Under the pieces are notes generated by a model. The model saw nothing but the letters and a program-made list of their open reading frames with translations, was not told where the DNA came from and did not search any database. From assembly GCA_036012755.1 (NCBI GenBank), contig DASCPX010000016.1, forward strand, positions 1 through 64,000: a stretch of 64,000 nt of DNA, read 5' to 3'. Below, in pieces: positions 59,287 to 64,000 of this stretch; the stretch's first letter is position 1; each line of letters starts with the position of its first letter. This DNA comes from Myxococcota bacterium (GTDB taxonomy: Bacteria > Myxococcota_A > UBA796 > CAJQPC01). Both the position numbers and the translations under genes were made by a program.

Positions 59287-60825
59287 TCACGCGAGGTGCC
59301 CGAACAACAGGGCGCAGACGATGGCCGCGGCCAGGAAGCCAGCGAGGTCGGCCGACAGCCCGGCCAGCACCGCGTGGCGGGTCTTGCTCACGCCCACGGC
59401 GCCGAAGTAGACGGCGAGCACGTAGAAGGTCGTGTCCGTCGAGCCCTGCATGGTGCTGGCGAGGTAGCCGATGTAGCTGTCAGGCCCGTGGGTCTGGAGC
59501 AGCTCCACCATGAGCCCGAAGGCACCGGATCCAGAGAGCGGGCGCACGAGCGCCATCGGGAGGACCTCTGGCGGCACCCCAAGGGGCTCGGTGACGATGC
59601 CCATCCAGCCGGTGAGCCAGGTCATCGCGCCGGACCCGCGGAACATGCCGACCGCCACGAGGATCGCCACCAGGTAGGGGATGATCATCACCCCGGTCGT
59701 GAAGCCCTCCTTCGCGCCCTTGACGAAGCTCTCGTAGACCTTCACCCCCCGAGCCCAGCCGAAGAGCACCAGCGAGAGGATCAGGACGGGGATCACCCAG
59801 TCTCCGATGATCTCGGAGGCATGTCGCAGGGCGTAGGGGAGGGAGGGCTCGACCCTCAGGGCCTTCGTGGCGCAGGGCTCGTCCTCGCAGCTCTCCTCGA
59901 GGCGGTAGTCGCCCGTGGCGTCCGGCTCGAAGGTGTCCTCGAAGGCGCTCACCTCCGAGCTCGGTGGGGCCTCGACGACCTCCCAGCTGCCCTTGATCGG
60001 GGCCTTCTCCCACTGCCAGAGCACGGAGGTGTCCGGGCGCTCGTCTTCTCCGATCGCGACCGCGACCAGCGGTGGGCCAGCCAGGACGGCGAGCATCGCG
60101 AGCAGCACGATCCGCAGCACCCAGACTCCCCAGGTCGTGCTGGTCTGTTTCTCCTCCTTCATGAGCCCCTGCACGAGTTCGGAGACGGCGACGGCGTCGG
60201 AGCGCTCGACCTCCTTGGCGGGGCCGGTGTGGTCCGGCTCCTTCATGGCGAAGATCGGCAGGCGCTGGAGGCCCTTCGCCGCGAGGATGCCGACCACGGT
60301 CGCGCAGCCCGTCGCGGCGAGGGTGGAGGCCATGATCCCCCAGGGATCCGTCGAGCCGAAGGCGGCCCGGAGGCCCACCACCCCCGTTGGCAGGAGCGCC
60401 AACCCGGAGGTGTTGATGGCCAGGAACAGGACCATCGCGTTGCTGGCCACGCCGGGGCGCTTGTTGATCTTGTTCAGCTCCATCATCGCCTTGATGCCCA
60501 GCGGCGTCGCGGCGTTGGTGAGCCCGAGCATGTTGGCGGCGATGTTCATGATCATCGCGCCCATCGCAGGGTGCTCGGGCGGCACGTCGGGGAACAACCG
60601 GACCATGATCGGTCGGATCGCCCGCGCGAGGATGCGCAACAGGCCCCCGTCCTCCGCGACCTTCATCAAGCCGAGGAACAGCGCCATGTAGCCGATGAGG
60701 GAGATCGCGAGCGTGACGGAGTTCGCGGCACCGTCCAGGGCCGACTGCGAGACCGTCTCCATGCTCGAGGTGAGCGCGGCCACCACGAAGGCGATCACGA
60801 CGATGGCGATGAAGACCGCGTTCAC
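59287..60825 (-). CDS. SpmA-SpmB fusion (Gate/nucleoside-recognition domains) with an inserted soluble domain
   Basis: LFPDVP.EHPA, ANMLGL.NAATPLG, YESFVKGAKEG, RPLSGSG, GSTDTTFY. Confidence 0.9.
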   Translation of the reverse strand: MNAVFIAIVVIAFVVAALTSSMETVSQSALDGAANSVTLAISLIGYMALFLGLMKVAEDGGLLRILARAIRPIMVRLFPDVPPEHPAMGAMIMNIAANMLGLTNAATPLGIKAMMELNKINKRPGVASNAMVLFLAINTSGLALLPTGVVGLRAAFGSTDPWGIMASTLAATGCATVVGILAAKGLQRLPIFAMKEPDHTGPAKEVERSDAVAVSELVQGLMKEEKQTSTTWGVWVLRIVLLAMLAVLAGPPLVAVAIGEDERPDTSVLWQWEKAPIKGSWEVVEAPPSSEVSAFEDTFEPDATGDYRLEESCEDEPCATKALRVEPSLPYALRHASEIIGDWVIPVLILSLVLFGWARGVKVYESFVKGAKEGFTTGVMIIPYLVAILVAVGMFRGSGAMTWLTGWMGIVTEPLGVPPEVLPMALVRPLSGSGAFGLMVELLQTHGPDSYIGYLASTMQGSTDTTFYVLAVYFGAVGVSKTRHAVLAGLSADLAGFLAAAIVCALLFGHLA

Positions 60826-60878
60826 GAGTCCATCATTGGCCTCACCGGGCTTGACCTGTCAAGGTCGGAGCGCCCGAT

Positions 60879-61346
60879 TCAGCCCGTGGATTCCTCCGAG
60901 CAGTCCTCGAGATCGCGCAAGCTCCGCAGCAGGGCGCGCCTCAGCACTTCCCGCACCGCGAGATCCGTCACGCCGACGAGCCAGTCCCCGACGGCCTTGT
61001 CGACGATCTCCGAGTCGCTGTGACCGCTCTCGCGCAGTCGCACGCCCTTCACCTCGAGCCAGTCCCCGAGCGGGCCGAGCCGGATCACGTAGCTGAGCGC
61101 CTCCTCGACGGCCCCGTTGCGATCGGTCGGTGTCTGGACCTGAGCGAAGGGCGAGTCGAACTCGCGCACGTGCAGCGGCAGCCTGCCAGCGGACAGCTCG
61201 GCCACTGTGTGATCGGCGGGCGCGCGCTCGGACTCGGCGCGGATGAAGTGCTCGAGCTGCACCTCGTAGACCTTCAAGGGGCGCCTCCGGACGGGGGGGG
61301 GGCGCGCATCCAGCGGGGTAGGCGAAGCTATCTCAGCGAAAAACAA
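60879..61346 (-). CDS. Hypothetical protein; start uncertain (G10 tract at 61293-61302)
   Basis: Plausible codon use in the body; ATG 61309 is out of frame by one base. Confidence 0.5.
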   Translation of the reverse strand: MFFAEIASPTPLDARPPPVRRRPLKVYEVQLEHFIRAESERAPADHTVAELSAGRLPLHVREFDSPFAQVQTPTDRNGAVEEALSYVIRLGPLGDWLEVKGVRLRESGHSDSEIVDKAVGDWLVGVTDLAVREVLRRALLRSLRDLEDCSEESTG

Positions 61347-61592
61347 CAGTTCTTACAGGTCTCTCGCAATGCACTTGCCCGATCGAACCTTGCTCTGGTT
61401 TGAAAAACTTCCTCCCAACGGACTGGGACGTAATCTCCGTTTCGCCGCGTATGACGCGGGACTCCTCCGACAGGACGCGCACAGAGGACGCCCACCGCGG
61501 CTGGAAGGGAGTGGAGAGTCCATGTACATGACGCGCGAAGACGCCGACCCGCGGGGTGCCGCCACCCGCTGGAGAAGCCAGTCCTGTCCTCC

Positions 61593-62559
61593 TTGCGAGC
61601 CGTGACGATGGCCTGGGCATCGGGCAAGAGCGGAACCCTTTGCCTCGGCGAGCAGCGACTCCACCTCCTCCACGGTGAGCCCACGACGCCCGAGCAGCTC
61701 CAGTTGATCATCGAAGCGCTCTACGCCGAGGACGCCCCGAGCTTCCTCGAAGGGGCGATCCCGGGACGACCGACGCCGCCGCGCCTGGCGACGGAGCTCT
61801 GGGAGGCCGCGACCCGACTCGCGGAGCGCGCGTCGCTGAAGGGCCGTGCCCGCTGGCGTGTGCTGCCCGAGGAGAACTTCCACCGCCTCAACGCCTTCCC
61901 CGTCCGTCCGCTGACCGCCCGCTTCCTCAGCCGCGCCGACTCAAAGAAGGTGAGGCTGGGCGACACGGTGCGAATGGACAAGAGCGCGCGGATGGAGGTC
62001 CTCGACGATTTCGTCGCCCTCGAGGTCCTTGGGGTGGTGACGCTCGAGGCCCCCGCCGACGGTGCGGTCCGGGAGGACCCTGTGCGGCCACGCCCCAACG
62101 TCGACGCGAAGACGGAGCGGAGGCTGCAGCGCGAGTGGGGGCTCCTCCGCGACGCGGACGACTGGACAGTGCTGGGCTGCACGCCCGGCATGGCCCCGGA
62201 GACCGTGGAGGCGGCGGCCCGACGGATGGCCTCCCGCTATCGCCAGCTCTTGCGAGAGCCCCGCATCACCGAGAAGGGACAGGAGACCGCGCGCCGCATC
62301 CTGGCTCGGCTACGCGCTCTACCACGACTTCACCCGGGACCTGATGCGCCAGCGCCAGGGCATGCGGATGATCGAGAAGGCGCTGGAGATGGGCAACGAC
62401 AATGGAGATCCCGGCTTCCTGATGGCAAAGATCCTCCACGGCGATGGCGAACTCGTGCGGGCCTGGAATCACCTGGACAAGGTCCTCGCCAAGCACCCGG
62501 CCCACGCCGACGCGAGCGCGCTGCGAGACCAGATCCAGAAGGAGATCCGGCGGGACTAA
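61593..62559 (+). pseudogene. J-domain-like/TPR protein with an internal deletion
   Basis: W.SGKSGTL; WTVLG...EAAARR; frame switch at 62300-62311 to LGYALY...TPR...*. Confidence 0.65.
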
Positions 62560-62979
62560 CTCCGACCTGACGGGAGCTTCCGCCAGTCCACGAAGCCCCG
62601 CCCGGAGGTGTCGGGCTGGCAGCTCGGACAGAAGAAGGCATCGTGTCCGCGCACGTAGCGAAGCTGGCGCCCGTCGGACAAGCCGATCACCAGCGCACAG
62701 CGCCTTGCGCCTCCGCACCCTCGGCGCAACCAGGCGGAAGCGCCCGGCCAGCATCGGTGAGACCAGGAGATCGTTGTCCCCCGACAGGGTGAAGACGACC
62801 ATGTGCGCCCGGCGCGCGACCGCCTCGATCGTGCAGCCAGCGACGTGCTCGTCGAAGGACCCGGCGAGGCCGAGTCGCATGACGACGGGGTTGTGGATGG
62901 TCGCCCTCTCGACGCGCAGACCGACCACGCCCTCCTCGAGCAGCGGGACTACGTACTCGAGGTCGGGGCGCTCCGGCAT
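62556..62979 (-). pseudogene. Fpg/Nei DNA glycosylase pseudogene
   Basis: MPERPD, MLAGRF; frameshift near 62695; LRY joined directly to the half zinc finger FFCPSCQP, with H2TH absent. Confidence 0.85.
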
Positions 62980-63239
62980 CAGTCGGGGCGACGGTTCAGG
63001 GCGGTCCAGTAGCGACCGAGCTGGCCCACGACGTCCTGGACCGCCTGGAAGCCGTCCAGGCGAGGGAGGCGCAGATCCAGCAGCACGACGGCAGGGAGCT
63101 CGGCGTCCTGCAGCTGCTCGAGGGCCTCGACCCCGTCGCGAGCGGAGCGCAGCTCGGCGCCTATCTCCGCCCGGCGCAGGGCCAGACGCATCAGGTCGAG
63201 GTCGTCGATGCTGTCTTCGACGATGAGGATGTGGCTCAT
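62979..63239 (-). pseudogene. Response regulator with an in-frame internal deletion
   Basis: ILIVED, LLDLRLP.LDGF joined to ...LGRYW; the T/S and KP region is missing. Confidence 0.8.
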
Positions 63240-64000
63240 TCGGGTCTCGCTTCCAGCGACAGCGTGAAGGCGGCGCCCTTGTTGGGCTGCCCCCTGGCGG
63301 AGATGCGCCCGCCGTGGCGCTTGACGATACGATCGACGATGGCGAGCCCGATGCGGGTGACCCGCCGCTGTCGACAGAACTTCCAGGAGTTTCCCAGCAG
63401 GTTGGTGAGCAGCGCCCGCGTGAGGGTCGGGTCGGCGAGGATCTCGCGGGAGAGCACGACGACGTCGACGGGCTGCCGCTCCAGGCTCTGGCGGGTCAGG
63501 CGGGAGAGCTGGAGCAGCGCGTCGATGAGCTCGCTCATGCGAACTGCCCCGGACTGGATGCGGCCCAGCAGGTAGCGAGCCTCGCCCTCGAAGGAGTCGC
63601 CGTAGGTCTCGACGAGGTACTGGGAGAAGCCGGTCATCGCCCGCAGCGGTGCCCGCAGGTCATGGGAGACGGAGTAGGAGAAGGACTCCAGCTCCTGGTT
63701 GGCGGCCCGAACGTCGGCCGTGGCTTCGACGATGCGCAGCTCGAGGTCTCGATTGAGGAGCTGCAGCGCCGCCTGGGCCCGCCGCTGCGCCGTGCGGCTG
63801 CGCACGACCGAAGCGACCACGTCCTCTGACAACGGCACCGCCTGGATCTGGTAGACGTGCTCGGGGAATCGGCTGTCCCCGAGGCTCATCTCCGGGAGAC
63901 CTATGGCGGTCTGGCTCTGGAGCGCGCCGACATAGGCATCCAGGATCGCGGTTCCGGCTACGTCCGGGAAGACGTCGACGAGGCGCTTCCCGATGATCGC
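63236..64000 (-). pseudogene. PAS sensor histidine kinase with two in-frame deletions; runs off the right edge
   Basis: SYSVSHDLRAPLR, NLLGNSWKF; G1/F boxes absent (RI|GLAIV); segment between SREI and LADP shortened. Confidence 0.8.

Noticed and set aside
59287..60825. Evidence of endospore formation
   Set aside because: SpmA/B homologs are widespread in non-sporulating bacteria

Overview
A high-GC bacterial chromosome segment, most consistent with Myxococcota (inferred from MYXO-CTERM-like tails, OmpA/TSP3 proteins, a split atpI-B-E operon and many Cys/Asp-rich lipoproteins). Housekeeping genes are intact (hemL, atpB/E, htpG, hisS). They are mixed with cell-envelope genes: a ColD/Fcl-type dideoxysugar pathway, GT-C-like transferases, VanX/VanW, a TonB-dependent receptor operon and an ABC exporter. 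I saw no rRNA, tRNA, CRISPR array or mobile element. Main observations: (1) a tightly coupled operon, FHA - FhaA(DUF3662)-like - PP2C - single-chain SEDS/class-B PBP fusion - lipoprotein, preceded by a perfect 12-bp inverted repeat; (2) more than 20 exported proteins with ultra-short signal peptides lacking the basic n-region (e.g. MLLLLSC); (3) a traAB-like pair with a lamin-tail domain as its head; (4) many accessory genes broken by internal deletions, nonsense codons and homopolymer frameshifts. All calls are by eye from motifs; no database search was run.
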